This document shows, in pieces, positions 35,101-46,048 of a stretch of DNA of 64,000 nucleotides (its first letter is position 1; each line of letters begins with the position of its first letter). The position numbers were made by a program, and so were the translations under genes. The notes beneath the pieces are model-generated. The model saw only the letters and a program-made list of their open reading frames with translations. It was not told where the DNA came from and made no database searches. Source of the DNA: Zootoca vivipara (lineage: Eukaryota); NCBI RefSeq assembly GCF_963506605.1, contig NC_083288.1, positions 53,258,001-53,322,000 of the forward strand, written 5' to 3'.

Positions 35101-38003
35101 CAAAAGAAAACGGCAATTCTCGCTCACGAACCATCACCCAGTGAAGCTGAACAGTGGGAGATTCAGGACACGCAAAAGAAAATCCTTCTCTTGGATAATC
35201 TACGGAACTCCCTCCCACAGGAGGCAGGGATGGAGAGCTTGAGAAATGGATCGGACAAATGAATGGAGGAAAGGGCTCTCTGTGGTGCGGCTCGGCTTCC
35301 ACAGACGGAAGCAGTGATTCTTCTGAATGTGGGGTTGCAGGAAACCACAGGAAGGAAGAGTGTTCTTCTTGCACTCGGGTCCCGTGAGGGACATCTGGCT
35401 GGCCCCCGTGAGAACAGGAGGCTGGACTAGGCCCCCCCCCATTGGCCTCATGCAGCCTGGCTCTCCTGATGCCCCTCTGGAGGCTTCACCTGGGGCAAAA
35501 AACCCAGCTAGGCCCCCCCTCCAGCTATGGCACTAGCCTTCCCGTTTGCCCTCCCCTTTTCACACACACCCAATTCCGAGACATTCTGTGTTCGGAAACC
35601 CAAAACAGGTGGCGATGATGGGGTTGGACTAAATGACCCTTGGAGGCCCTTCCGACTCCACGATTCTACAAAAAAGCCAGGCTCAAGCTCCTAGAAGGGC
35701 TTCGAGAATATCTTGCTGGATCAGGCCAAAGGGGCCTGTCTGGTCCAGCAACCTGTTCTCGGGCATGGAGGCAAACCTGCAAGCAGAACACAAGCCCCAT
35801 AGCCGCTCTCCCCTCCCTCCTGCAACGGGTCAAATCCGCACCAAGCAGAAAGGGGGCTTCCTTCTCATCCGCCTCCACCACCAAGAAGGTTCAGCTTCTC
35901 CTTCCTCTTTCCCTTGCAATCCCCTTTATTTAGTGGCGCATCCAGACCCGGCCGGTTTGTTGTCTGCAAAACAAGCCGCCTCTGCTCAGTGTCATGAGGA
36001 GCCAGAAGAGGAGGAAGAGGAAGAGGAGGAAGAAGAGGAGGAGGAGGAAGAAGAAGAAGAGGAGGAGGAGGAGCAGGAGGAAGAGGCCTCCCTCACCCTC
36101 CTCAAAGGAGACCCAGTGGCCTGGCAGAGAGGCAGAGCCTGCTGGCAAAGGGCACCCGTTGAACTCCCTGTCCATTGAGGAGCTCAGGAAGGGAGAAGCC
36201 ACAGCTATCTAGGCAATTCAAACATACGTGATATGAGACAGCTAAGGAAAATGAGTAAACAAACAAACATCAGGAAAGGATGGGTGGGAAGTCCAGAAGA
36301 AACTATGTATACAGTATATATTTTATATATATTTAAAAAAACCTGTATATGATGACAAACACAATAAAAATCACTTTTTAAAAAATGGGGGAAGCAACGG
36401 CTGGTGGCAGCAGGAGTAGAAGGGGAAAGGTCTGGGTGCAGGTTGCAGGATCAGGCCAGAGATCCGGGCAAAGCGCCCCCAAAATGGCCAATAGCCACGG
36501 CAGGCAAAGGATTTTGACATGGTCATTTTTTGGGGGGAGGGAATCTGCACAGCTGTTTCTGTTTGGCTGAGAGACGACCAGTCAATGAAAGACACGGAAT
36601 TATGAAGGCAGGAGAAAGAAGATTCCACCTAAACATTAGGAAGAACTTCCTGACAGTAAGAGCTGTTTGGCAGTGGAATTTGCTGCCAAGGAGTGTGGTG
36701 GAGTCTCCTTCTTTGGAGGTCTTTAAGCAGAGGCTTGACAGGCATATGTCAAGAATGCTTTGATGGTGTTTCCTGCTTGGCAGGGGGTTGGACTGGATGG
36801 CCCTTGTGGTCTCTTCCAACTCTATGATTCTATGATTCTAGGAAGAGCCTTGCAGGGTCTGGCCCATGGCCCCTCTTGGCCAGCATTCTCACAGGGGCCA
36901 GCCAAGGGCCTGTGATGGGAAAACGGCAAGCAGGATTGAAGCCCAAGAGCCCCTCTCCCCTCCTAGGGTTTCCAGAAACGGGTATTGAGAAGCATCTCTG
37001 CTTCCAAAAGAGGAGGCAGGGCAGAGCCATCCTGGCTAGGTCTCATCCTCTTTTAAAGCCACCCAGGTTGGTGGCCACCCCTGCCTCCAGTGGGAGGGAG
37101 TTCCACCGTCTAACTCCGCACGGTGTGAAGAAGTCCTTCCTTTCTCCTTCTGCCCCAAATCCTCCAACATTCAGCTTCCTCAATGCCCACAAGCCTCTCG
37201 GTGCGGACTGATTAAGAAATCTGTGCAGCGCTTTGTTTTGTTGAGAAACAGCTTGTCAACAAAAGGTACACCTCATTTGCGTAACGGACATGGACGGGGC
37301 AAGGGAGGGACGGCCTATTTGCATACGATTTGCATGGGAGATGCCCACGGCTCATCCGCATGGCACCTGCTTTAGAAACATAGCATTGTAGAGTTGGAAG
37401 GTACCCCCAAGGGTCATCTAGTCCAACCCCCTGCAATTCAGGAATCTCAGCTAAAGCATCTGTGACAGGGGGTCACCCAATTACTGCTTAAAAACCTGAG
37501 TGTCACCTCCCGAGGGAGACCATTTACACGCAGGGGAGTGTAATCTGAGGACCTGGGAGAGACCCGGGTTCAGATCCCCCGACTTGACCAAAAAGCTCTC
37601 ATTGGACTCACCTCTCAGCCTGACCCACCTCACAGGGTTGTTGCTGGGATTCCTTGAGGACTAGGACCTTGGACAGAGGTCCCACCGGGTGTGAGCTTGG
37701 GGGCCAGTCACTGCCTCTCAGTCTAAGCTACTTAGTACCATAGTTAAAGCACTCACAAATTCCTAAAAGGGATTGGGGACTGGAGCAACAGTGTGGGGTA
37801 GTGGTTAGAGTGTCGGATGAGTTCCTTGGAGAGAACAGGGTTCAAATCCCTGCACACCTGGGGCCACGTCCCTGCCTCTCAGCCTGAGGGTTGTTGCAGG
37901 GATTAAATGAGGAATGGGGAATTAAACTGGGTATAGGCCACCTTGAGCTCCTGGGAGAAAAAGGTGGGATATCAATAATAACAATAATAACTATTATTAT
38001 TAC

Positions 38004-38048
<45 letters not shown>

Positions 38049-39232
38049 ACCCCGCCCATCTGGCTGGGTTTCCCCAGCCACTCTGGGCGGCTTCCAGAAG
38101 GAACTTGGCTTCTCGCAGGGAGAATAAGCAAGCAAAGAGATAAAATAAGGCTACATGGCCAACTCCTGGCTCAGTGGTCAGGGAGCGTTTCACAGAACCG
38201 TAGAAGTGTAGAGCTGGAAGGGACCCAAAGGTCATCTAGTCCAACCCCCTGCATTGGGGGAATCCTATTTGCGCTAGAATCCTGTTCACGGGTTTCCCAC
38301 TGAGGCACCTGGTTGGCCGCTGTGAGGACAGGGTGCGGGGCTAGCTGGGCCCCCCTTGGGCCTGATCCTGCTGCTGCTGCTGCTGCTGCTGCTCTCTTGG
38401 TGCTTGAGAAAGGTCGGGGGTTTTTTTTTTGCTAACTGGGTATTTGCTCCTTCCCTCCCTCTCCTGATTCTCTTTGTCTCAACCACCACAGGTGTAACCT
38501 GAGACTCACAGGACACCAAAGCCCAGCTCTGACTTGTCTGCTCAGGGCTGCAGGATCCTCCCTGGAGCAGAACCGGGAGGGGGAGGGGGAGGCAGTGGTA
38601 TCATCCCCCCTCCCAAAAGCCAAAGGTTGGCTGGCTGGTAAACCATAGGGATGTTGTGCTGTTTTTTTCCATTCCCACCCCCCACTCCCAAGGGAAAAAA
38701 ATAAAATAAAAGATATATGAAACTCTGCAGCTGATGTTCTGAATTAGGAAGTCCAGCTTGCCTTTGGAAAATATATATCATTTGACTGAGTCTGTTAATT
38801 TAATTGCTTTGATTCCTGCCTTGCAGGGGGTTGGCCTAGATGAGCCTTGGGGTGCCCCTTCCGCCCCCACGCACCCCCCCCACTTCTCCCCTAGCCCCCT
38901 GCTCTTACCTTGGAACCGCTGGCATATCTCTCGGCGCTCTCCACCCGCACAGTGACGGGGACCCCCCTAAGGAAAAGGGGTCCCTGAGAGCGGAGTGGCT
39001 TCCGCTCGTAGACGGCCAGAAAGGGGCTGAGGTCACCTGGGGAGCAAGGGAGGCAGGGACAGTTAGGGAACCCCAAACTCCTGCCCCTGCTAACCCATAA
39101 CCTACAGAAAGCGGGGTGCATCATCAACTGACCTGGCGCCTCGTCCCGGCGGAGACCATCTCTCTCGTCCGCTTCCTGGTCCGAGTCGTCCAGGCTCTCC
39201 CCGCCGGGGTGGGGTCGCTCCAAGGTCAGCAT
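18103..39232 (-). CDS. PLD2: Phospholipase D2, complete, 24 coding exons, 2796 nt / 931 aa
   Basis: Exons in gene order (minus strand): 39133-39232, 38909-39036, 34376-34518, 31744-31840, 31366-31431, 31045-31103, 29899-29991, 29651-29803, 28754-28903, 28554-28637, 27871-27949, 27555-27665, 26239-26418, 25624-25756, 24655-24773, 23977-24093, 23448-23552, 22392-22480, 20783-20896, 20081-20130, 19481-19615, 19218-19371, 18599-18710, 18103-18327. All introns GT-AG with consistent phase. Motifs: PX ([21 protein letters not shown]), PH ([11 protein letters not shown]), HKD1 (HHEKLVVVD), PRMPWRD...[17 protein letters not shown]2 (HSKMLIAD...IGSANIN), C-terminal EVWT. No PLD1 loop insert. Confidence 0.97.
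20556..20670. repeat. Degenerate 31-bp tandem repeat (about 3.5 units)
   Basis: AGATCTCACAGGGATCTGGGAAGCTTGCAC-like units. Confidence 0.6.
21398..21984. mobile_element. Non-autonomous Tc1/mariner (Tigger/pogo-like) element
   Basis: TA|CAATGGTACCTTGGTT ... AACCAAGGTACCACTG|TA: about 16-bp TIRs with TA target duplication; internal repeated GGAACGGATTAA; no transposase. Confidence 0.88.
25941..25959 (+). promoter_or_regulatory. CTCF core motif
   Basis: CGGCCACTAGGTGGCGCCC, a near-perfect match to the YGGCCASYAGRKGGCRSY consensus; motif only, binding untested. Confidence 0.65.
26866..27030 (+). mobile_element. CR1 3' fragment
   Basis: Near-identical to 36660-36830. Confidence 0.88.
29035..29260 (+). 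mobile_element. CR1 3' fragment
   Basis: Encodes [31 protein letters not shown]. Confidence 0.8.
30556..30665. mobile_element. Degraded hAT MITE (same family)
   Basis: CAGGCTTCCTCAAAC ... GTTTGAGGAGGCCTG; TSD ATCTGATG / ATCTAATG. Confidence 0.75.
31630..31648 (+). promoter_or_regulatory. CTCF core motif
   Basis: TGCCCAGCAGGTGGCGCTG; motif only. Confidence 0.55.
33036..33801 (+). mobile_element. Non-autonomous Helitron with an internal G-rich minisatellite
   Basis: A|TCTATCTACC 5' end; 3' hairpin GCCACAGCAACGCGTGGC followed 7 nt later by CTAG|T; no TSD. About four copies of a 70-72-bp unit (TCATGGGTC starting near 33413, 33483, 33555, 33627). Confidence 0.85.
34104..34241. mobile_element. 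138-bp hAT MITE with a different TIR but the same internal core
   Basis: TIRs CAGTGTTTCTCAACCAGTGTG; near-perfect hairpin; perfect TSD GTTTAGGG. Confidence 0.92.
36006..36086 (+). repeat. (GAR)n polypurine tract
   Basis: About 80 nt of mixed GAG/GAA in a PLD2 intron. Confidence 0.9.
36608..36840 (+). mobile_element. CR1 3' fragment
   Basis: Encodes [24 protein letters not shown]; ends TCTATGATTCTATGATTCTA; nearly identical to the 3' ends of the copies at 26866 and 53967. Confidence 0.92.
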
Positions 39233-41484
39233 GGGGCCGTCCTGCTGGGGTGCGGGAGGAGGAGCAAAAAGAACCCAGGAGTCCGAGCCCTCATGCCAGC
39301 CCTAATGGCTCTCGGCCGGAGAAGAAGGTAGCCTTCTCCCGTCTCCAAGCACTTCGGCACAGGAAACTCTCTCTCTCCCCCTCTCTCTCCTTGATTCTGC
39401 TGGAAATTTTTGCGCACAGGCAGGCAGTTCCTGCCCCACCCTGCCTTGTCCGCCTGACTCACGCTCTGGGAAAGGGGGGCCATCCCACCCTCTCGCTGGT
39501 CCCAGGCGGGTCTGGATGCCGGACAGACGTGTTGGGCAGGAAGGGCAGGCTGGCTGGATGTCCAAGGATCCCCGCAGGGTGAGGCCAAAGGGGGTCCCCA
39601 TCTTGGCCCAGCCTCCTGCCCTCACAGGCAGCTAAACGTCCCAAAGGACCCAGCAATCGAGATAGACTGCCTCTGCACCAGGAGGGTCTATTAAGGACAG
39701 CAGAAAGGACGTGCCGCTGGAAGAGGCCAAAGGGGGTCCTCACCTTAGCCTGGCACCCTAGAATACCCCAAAGGGAAGCCCCCCCCCAGGCAGGATCCGA
39801 GCGCAAGAGGAACGCTATCCCCTCTGGCATTCGGAAGCATTTCCTGCTTCCAACTTAGCTCCCCAACAGGCAGCCCCCTTCCTCCTCCTCCAGGAATTTG
39901 TCCCATCCTCCTGCGGCAGTGAGTTCCGCAGTTCAACTCTGCGTTGTGCCAGGGACCCCGGGAGTGCTGCTGCCAGTCTGTGCAGACATTATGGGGTGAA
40001 ATGGGCCTGATGCAAGGCAACTCTCTCCGATGCCAGAGGACTCTGCAAATTGGTGGGTAGGATACTAGGGGGAGAGGCACAGTATCATCTGCGTAACATC
40101 TGGACAGGCTCCTTTTGGGAGGGACAGGCTTTTCTCTTGGGGGCTGCTCTCCGCCTGGAGGAGGGGCACTTGTGGGGCTGCGTGGGGGCAGTGGGGAGTG
40201 AGCTCCAGTGGTTTGCCAGCTCCTGGTTCTTGGTTCACCAAGTCACAGTGGACTATGTCTTGGGCTCCTGTGAGAGTGCAGGTAAATCAGGCCCTTCAAA
40301 CACCAGTATTTCAGGATTCGCACTGGCTGCCTAAGACAAGGCGCTGGTGTGAGTTCATAAACCTCTATATGACAGAGGCAGAGTGGTGTAGTGGTAAGTG
40401 TCAGACAACGGTAGGACCAGGGAGAGACGAGGGTTCAAATCCCCCTCCTCGGCAACCGTGAAGCTCCCTGGCGGTGAGTTTGGGGGCGAGTCCCTGCCTT
40501 CTCTCTCAGTCTGACCTACCCAACAGGGCTGTTGTAGGGGATCCCCTGAGGTGCGGGGTGGAGAACCACGCTCCTTGGAGAAGGAAGGTGGGATAACGCA
40601 ATTAATTTGTCCTTTAATTAATGACTTGGGACCCAAATCTGCAAAGGAATGCTTCTCCCAATGATGCCCCCCCCCCGAAATCCTCTTGGAGAAGGACAAA
40701 TACTGTAATAGGCCCCAAATCCTTTCGCTGCAGTAAAGAGGCTGTTTTAATTCTCTAGGAGCGGCGCAACGGTTTGGGTGTTTTGCGGGAAGATTGTTTT
40801 GGGGTTTGGTTTTGCGGCCCTGCTAAACTCCCACCGCCCAGGAATTATATGGGGTGAAGGGCAGCCGGGAGGAGCAGCCCCTTGGAGGGGGAAAGAGGAA
40901 TGTCAGGGGAGAGAGTCTCAACTCTGCATGGCGTCTGCTCTCACCCTCTCTGTAAGAATCATAGAATTGTAGCGTTGGGACCCCTGAGGGTCATCTAGTC
41001 CAACCCCCTGTGATGCCGGAACCTAGCTTGATCTTCTGCCCCCCCCTCCAAATTGGGAGCTCAGCTGGGCAACCTCGGGAGCGTGCAAGCCCAGCCGAAA
41101 TGCCACTTGCCTGGCACCCACCACCTGGCACCGCACCCTCCAAGCGACACATCCCCATACTGGAAGGTTAAAAGAGGATCCCCACCCCCCGACCTGAAAT
41201 GAAACTGGGAATCCCAGAATTACGGGAGCCCCTTGCCTGGAGGATGCAGGTTGCTTCCAGGCCCAGAAATGGGGGGAACTGGAGATTCTTCCATTTCAGG
41301 GAGGGTTGGACTAGATGACCCCTGGGGGACCCTTCCAGCTCTACCATTCTAAGACTCTGTGGCCTCGGAAAGGGATGGACTTTCTCTTTCATTGGAGGTT
41401 TTTTAAGAGAGTTTGGGTGGCCACCTGTCAGGGGTTCTTTTGCTGAGGTTCCTGGGGGTGGGGGTAGCGTGGACTAACATGTAC

Positions 41485-41620
41485 GTCAACAGGTAGATCG
41501 TGATCTTCCGGTAGATCACTGGATCCCCCCCCAAAAAACTGAACCCCCCCAAAAGGGGGTAGATCACTTCCAGTTTTTAACTCTGTGTAGATCACAGTCT
41601 CTTGGGAGTTGGCCACCCCT
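41485..41620. mobile_element. Partial hAT-like element with four GTAGATC subterminal repeats
   Basis: GTAGATC occurs four times and the segment ends GAGTTGGCCACCCCT; it interrupts a CR1-tail copy. Confidence 0.5.
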
Positions 41621-42594
41621 AGATGACCTCTGGGAGTCCCTGCCAGAGAGCGAAAAGCCACCTGCCTCTCCCCAAGAAAAGAGAAACACCTGACTTGAAC
41701 CACTCTGGATCATAGGCCCCCAAAAGCAGGAAACTGAAAGAGATCTCTTAGGCATGTTGGAGGATTCCCAAGCCCTGACTCTGCAAGTCCAGTTGTGAAA
41801 CTTCAGTAAGGTCCAACAGAAATGGAGCCCGGGACTTCCAAAACCTCAGCTGCTTCTATCCTATTTGCAGGGGCTTGGACTAGATGACCGCTGGGGGTCC
41901 CTTCCGACTCTACAGTTCTATGATTCCTGCAATAATGACTCAGAGTTATGCTCTTAGTCTACTTGGAAGGAGGCAGCGAGGGTGGTCCGCTTCGAGCTGC
42001 AGGAGCAGCTACCTAGGTGCCCTGGGGCTCTAACTATAGAGGCAGTGTGGTGCAGTGGTTAGAACTAGCCTCTGGGAGAGTAAAATCCCCACTCAGCGGC
42101 CATGGTGCACGGGGGGGGGGGAAGAGGGGGAGTTGGGGGGCCAGTCCCTGCCTCTTTCAATCTAACCTACCGCGCAGGGTTGTGGTTCTGGGGATTAAAT
42201 GGGGGGGGGGTGGCAACACGGATTCCTCCTTGAGATATAAACGCAATAGATCCATAAATGAATGAATAGCACTTTCCGGAGCTGAGAGACCCCCGCCCAG
42301 GAGTCCAGGGATGCATCAAAATACTCAGGACCCCCCCGCCCCCCCAAAAGCAGCAGGGGGCTTTGGCCCTCAGTCAGGAGGTCGACACGTGTCTCTGAGC
42401 GGTGCGGGGAGGACGCACAAAAACCCTGCAAAGTGGGCGAAACCAGACCCGGAGCCGCTCGGGCTCTCGGCGGCTGAGAACCCCGGGACTTAGTGCGAGG
42501 GGCCCCGGATCCGTCCCCTCCCTCCCTTCCTCCCAACCTTGCTTGAGCCCCGGCACCTATCCGCTCGCTGCCGCCGCCGCGCCCACATTCCTGG

Positions 42595-42597
<3 letters not shown>

Positions 42598-42628
<31 letters not shown>
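42598..42628. repeat. (AG)n microsatellite
   Basis: About 15 AG units. Confidence 0.9.
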
Positions 42629-42630
<2 letters not shown>

Positions 42631-43025
42631 CCAGGCGTCCGGGCCCCTGTCCCAAGCGCGGTGCTCCCCACACACCCGGCCTCAGTTTCCGAGGAGGAGG
42701 AGGAGGAAGTACCGCCCTAATCCCCCCCCCCCAACCCCGCTTGCCAAATTCCTCTCCGAGTAGCGGAGATTTTGACTCATCCCGAGTCATAAGGAGGGGG
42801 GGGGGCAAGAGAAAGGGGAGGGGCCTCGGGATTTTCCTGGGTGGGGAAGGGGGTCTTTCCGAAGCAAGAGCCCTTCTGACCTGGAGGGAGGAGGGCAAGC
42901 ACCCTGGACCTCCTGGGATTTTCCGTGGGGTGGGGAGGGAGGGAGGAAGGACCTCGTGGAAATTTCCAGGTGGGGGAGGGAGGCCAGGTGGGGGGTCTGT
43001 CTGTCTCCCGCTTCCCGCGGCTCAC

Positions 43026-43260
43026 CTGGGGCGGAGGGACCTGCAGGGACCGGCGGGGGGCGAGCAGGGCGCCGTCGCTGCTGCTGCAGCTGCTGGGAAA
43101 CCGGCCCGGCGGTGGGAGCGGGGAGGGAGCTGGGGGCCGTCCCGGGGAGGAAGGAGGGCCGTCCCAGCCCCGCCCAGCCGCCTGCCGCCCAGAGGGCCCC
43201 GAGCCATGTGCAGAGGGTCGGCGGCGCCGTCCCTGCCCTTCCGCCCGACCCCGGCCAGGC
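43026..43260 (-). other. PLD2: Putative non-coding first exon of PLD2
   Basis: CAG|GTGAG donor at 43026/43025 inside a CpG island. The ATG exon begins with an acceptor at 39242, so an upstream exon is required. The 5' end is approximate. Confidence 0.55.
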
Positions 43261-44406
43261 CGAGGTCGGGCTGCGGGGCAGGATTAGGTCCCCCACTTCC
43301 CTCGCGAAATAGGGGTGCTGGTGCTGAGGCCTCTTGAGCATGCACAGAGCGCCTTCGCTTCCCGGAACCAGAGACGCGCTTTTCTGCTCTCGGAACGGCA
43401 GAGTTGGACGGGACGCCGGAGGGTCATCTAGCGCAACCCCGGCCGGCGGGGCCATTTTGGGGCACTTTTGCTTTTTATTTTGAAATCCCACCCACCACCC
43501 CCATGAAAAAAGGAGGGACCGATTTGTTTTATTAGACGCTTACCAAGGTCTCCTCCTGCACACACACACACACACGCACGCGCACCCCACACCTGTTTTT
43601 CCCGAGTTTGTGGCAGAACTAGAGAGCTGGAAGGGTCCCCCGGGGTCATCCAGCGCAACCCCGCGCAATGCAACGGGCGGCGTTCCTCGTTTTGTCCTGC
43701 CGCTGCCTAGATGGCGGATCCTCTCTCTGCCCCCCTCCCGCCCCCGAAAAACACTGCTTTTCTCCTTGGATGCTTAGAAGGGGCGTCTCGCGCCTTTGGG
43801 GGGCTCCCAGCCGCCCTGCGCGCTCCCAGGTGCGTCGGGGGTGCTGGAGAGGAGCAGGTTCATTTGGGGTGCTTCCCCACCCCCCACCCCCGCAGGCTCC
43901 AGCTGGTCGGAGTGAGTGAGTTAGGGAGGCGGTACCGGGCGCTGTTTGCCAAAGGAGGCGGGGAGGGGGGCGGCTCCCCTGGCCTGGCCCACCCAGGGCG
44001 AGAAATTCCCCGTCTTGACACTCCGGGAGCCCGAGAGAGGCGCGGGCAGGTAAGCGGGGACCCTGGGGAGACCCCACACCAGGGCCAAAGGGAAAGAAAC
44101 CTTGGGGGGGGGTCTCTACTTTGAGGTAGGGGTGGGGAGAAAGAGGCCAGCAGCGGGGCAGAGCCCTGAAGGCAGAACCCCGCCCTTTGCAAATGTGAAA
44201 GGGGCTTTGTAAAAAATTTTGGGGGGAGACAGATGCTTTGATGTTCTCTCTGTGCTCCCCACCCAAAGCCCCCTACCTTATTCTCCTCTGCAATCCTCAG
44301 TGTTTGCAGGGGTGTGACAATGGTGGGCAGGGAGGGCAACCCCCCCCCAGGTTCCACATGCCCCCCCACCTCTCACGTCTCTCTGTCTGCCTCAGGATCC
44401 GACAAG

Positions 44407-44930
44407 ATGGGGTCAAAGTTCCGCAGCTGTTTCCCCCGGGGCAGGCGCTCCAGGCGCCACAGCAAGAAGGAGAAGGAGCCCCCCGCAGGTAAGGAGGGTG
44501 TCCCAGGCCCCCCAAGTCCCTTGTACTCCTCTTGGGCGACGTCTTCCTGACCTAGGTGCAGTCCACCCCCCACGGCAGGGTTGTGGAGATCTCCATCCCA
44601 GGTGTTTCCCCCCTCAGTGGTCCTTGGGTGCCTTTTTGGAGAATCACCAAATTGTAGAGTTGGGACCCCAGGTGGTCATCCAGACCAACCCCGTGAAGAG
44701 CAGGGACTGCAAACTCTTTTTGAGCCTCTCCTCCTCCTTCTCCACCTGCAGCAGCAGCAGCTTCCTCCTCCTCCTCCTCCGACACCCCCGAAGCTGCAGC
44801 ATCTCGGACACGCTCCACGCCGTCCACCAGCAGCGAGACAGACTCCCAGAGTGGACGGGCCTACTTCAGCGGAAAGGCCAGGGTCTCCTTCCGCCACCAG
44901 CTGGACTCCGAGAGGGAAGCGACCAGCTGA
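44407..44930 (+). CDS. C17orf114: C17orf114 orthologue, small protein of about 86 aa; two coding exons 44407-44488 and 44752-44930
   Basis: Acceptor at 44394-95, ATG 44407 (AAG-ATG-G), donor G|GTAAG at 44489; acceptor after a pyrimidine tract at 44750-51; TGA 44928-30; AATAAA 45324. Product MGSKFRSCFPRGRRSRRHSKKEKEPPA-AAAASSSSSSDTPEAAASRTRSTPSTSSETDSQSGRAYFSGKARVSFRHQLDSEREATS. The AYFSxKARxSFRHQL block and the N-terminal MGxK..CFP match human C17orf114 as I recall it, which also lies between PSMB6 and PLD2 on the opposite strand. Confidence 0.85.
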
Positions 44931-46048
44931 GCTCCCATCTTCAGAGGATCACTCCCCCCACCCCAGCAGGTGTCCCTGGAGCAGGCAGGCGGAGCTAGGG
45001 CCCCACAGGAGACTGCTGGCGATAAAGAGTGGGGGGTCGGTCCAGGTCCCCCACTTCCCCCCCCAGCAAACTCGTTGACAGCAGAGTGCAGCCTGCGTGT
45101 TGGAAGCTACTTGGATGAGAAGAGGCGGCTTGGCTGCTTCCCCAACCCCCCCCCCCAACACGGAAGATGGGGAGGTCAAATAAGGGGTCAGACGCAAGCC
45201 AGGATTTGGGCAGCGACCCCAAACTGGAGCGGACTAGTTGTGGGGCTCAGATGGGTGTAACCAGAAGTAGAGAGGTTTGCAGGCTTGGGTCCCGATCCAG
45301 AGCCCCAGCAGCAATTATGGAGCAATAAAAAAGTGTTACTCCCCCATCCTCGTTTCAGATGCTTATTTTTTTTTTTTTGAATCAGGGTTGGGCTAGATGA
45401 CCCATGGTGCCCCCTTCCAAGACTCCGAGAGTCAAGCTCCCGCTGCCGTCCCTCCTGTACTTCTCAAACCAGGCCCGGCTTACAAGGGGTAGGTGGGGTG
45501 TGTGTGTCTGGGGCTCCAAACAGAGGGAGGGGGCAGGCCCCAATTCTTTTTGCCACGTTGAGCTGCTGGGCAGGGGGGCCAGCCAGTGTGGCGAGCTGCT
45601 TGCGTGTCAACGCCTCTCCTCCGGCGCTGGCGCTGGGCCCAGCCCGCCCGCCCGGTCCAAGCAGAAGGCAGGCTGGAGCAGGAAAGAGGGAAGGGCCGAG
45701 TGCGAAACCAGACACCCCACCCACCAAAACAGGCAGGCGGCGGAGAAGAAAACACGTCGGGCCGTTAAAAGTGAACATTAAAGGACGGCAGGCCCCAAAA
45801 TTGTGGTTCAAGGGCCTGTGTTTTCTGCATTGCGTCTTCACCCCCCCAAAAAAGGGGAGTTTGGGAGTGGGCAGCCTGGGCAGGCCGGCGGCACCTTCCT
45901 CCTAGGCTGGGCGTAACCCCTTATCTCACCAGGGTAATCACAGCCTGGGAACAATTGCGGGCAGGATGGAGAAACCTCAGGCAGGAGCAGAGGGAGGGAG
46001 GCAGGCAGGCCTGCGGAGTCAGCCACCCTCACAGGGGACGGCAGGCAC

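Larger units (their letters stand above)
42380..44060. promoter_or_regulatory. CpG island; probable shared divergent promoter region of PLD2 (-) and C17orf114 (+)
   Basis: CpG-rich, with a minus-strand donor at 43025 and a plus-strand donor CAG|GTAAGC at 44049/44050 facing away from each other; GC boxes; AAAATGGC (YY1-like) on the minus strand at about 43451-43458. Confidence 0.65.

Noticed and set aside
36097-36208. Exon-like segment with ATG and GTGAG donor in the PLD2 intron 34519-38908
   Set aside because: It ends in phase 1 while the next exon needs phase 0; no coherent frame.
35633-36212. Poly-Glu and poly-Arg ORFs
   Set aside because: Translations of a (GAR)n simple repeat flanked by CR1 remnants.
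18103-39232. PLD1 as an alternative identity (HPDHVSS segment is PLD1-like)
   Set aside because: No long PLD1 loop after HKD1, length of 931 aa and PSMB6/MINK1 synteny all indicate PLD2.
42402-43491. 311-aa (+) and 234-aa (-) ORFs in the PLD2 CpG island
   Set aside because: They include an (AG)n microsatellite and a CR1 tail, and show no recognisable domain; GC artefacts.
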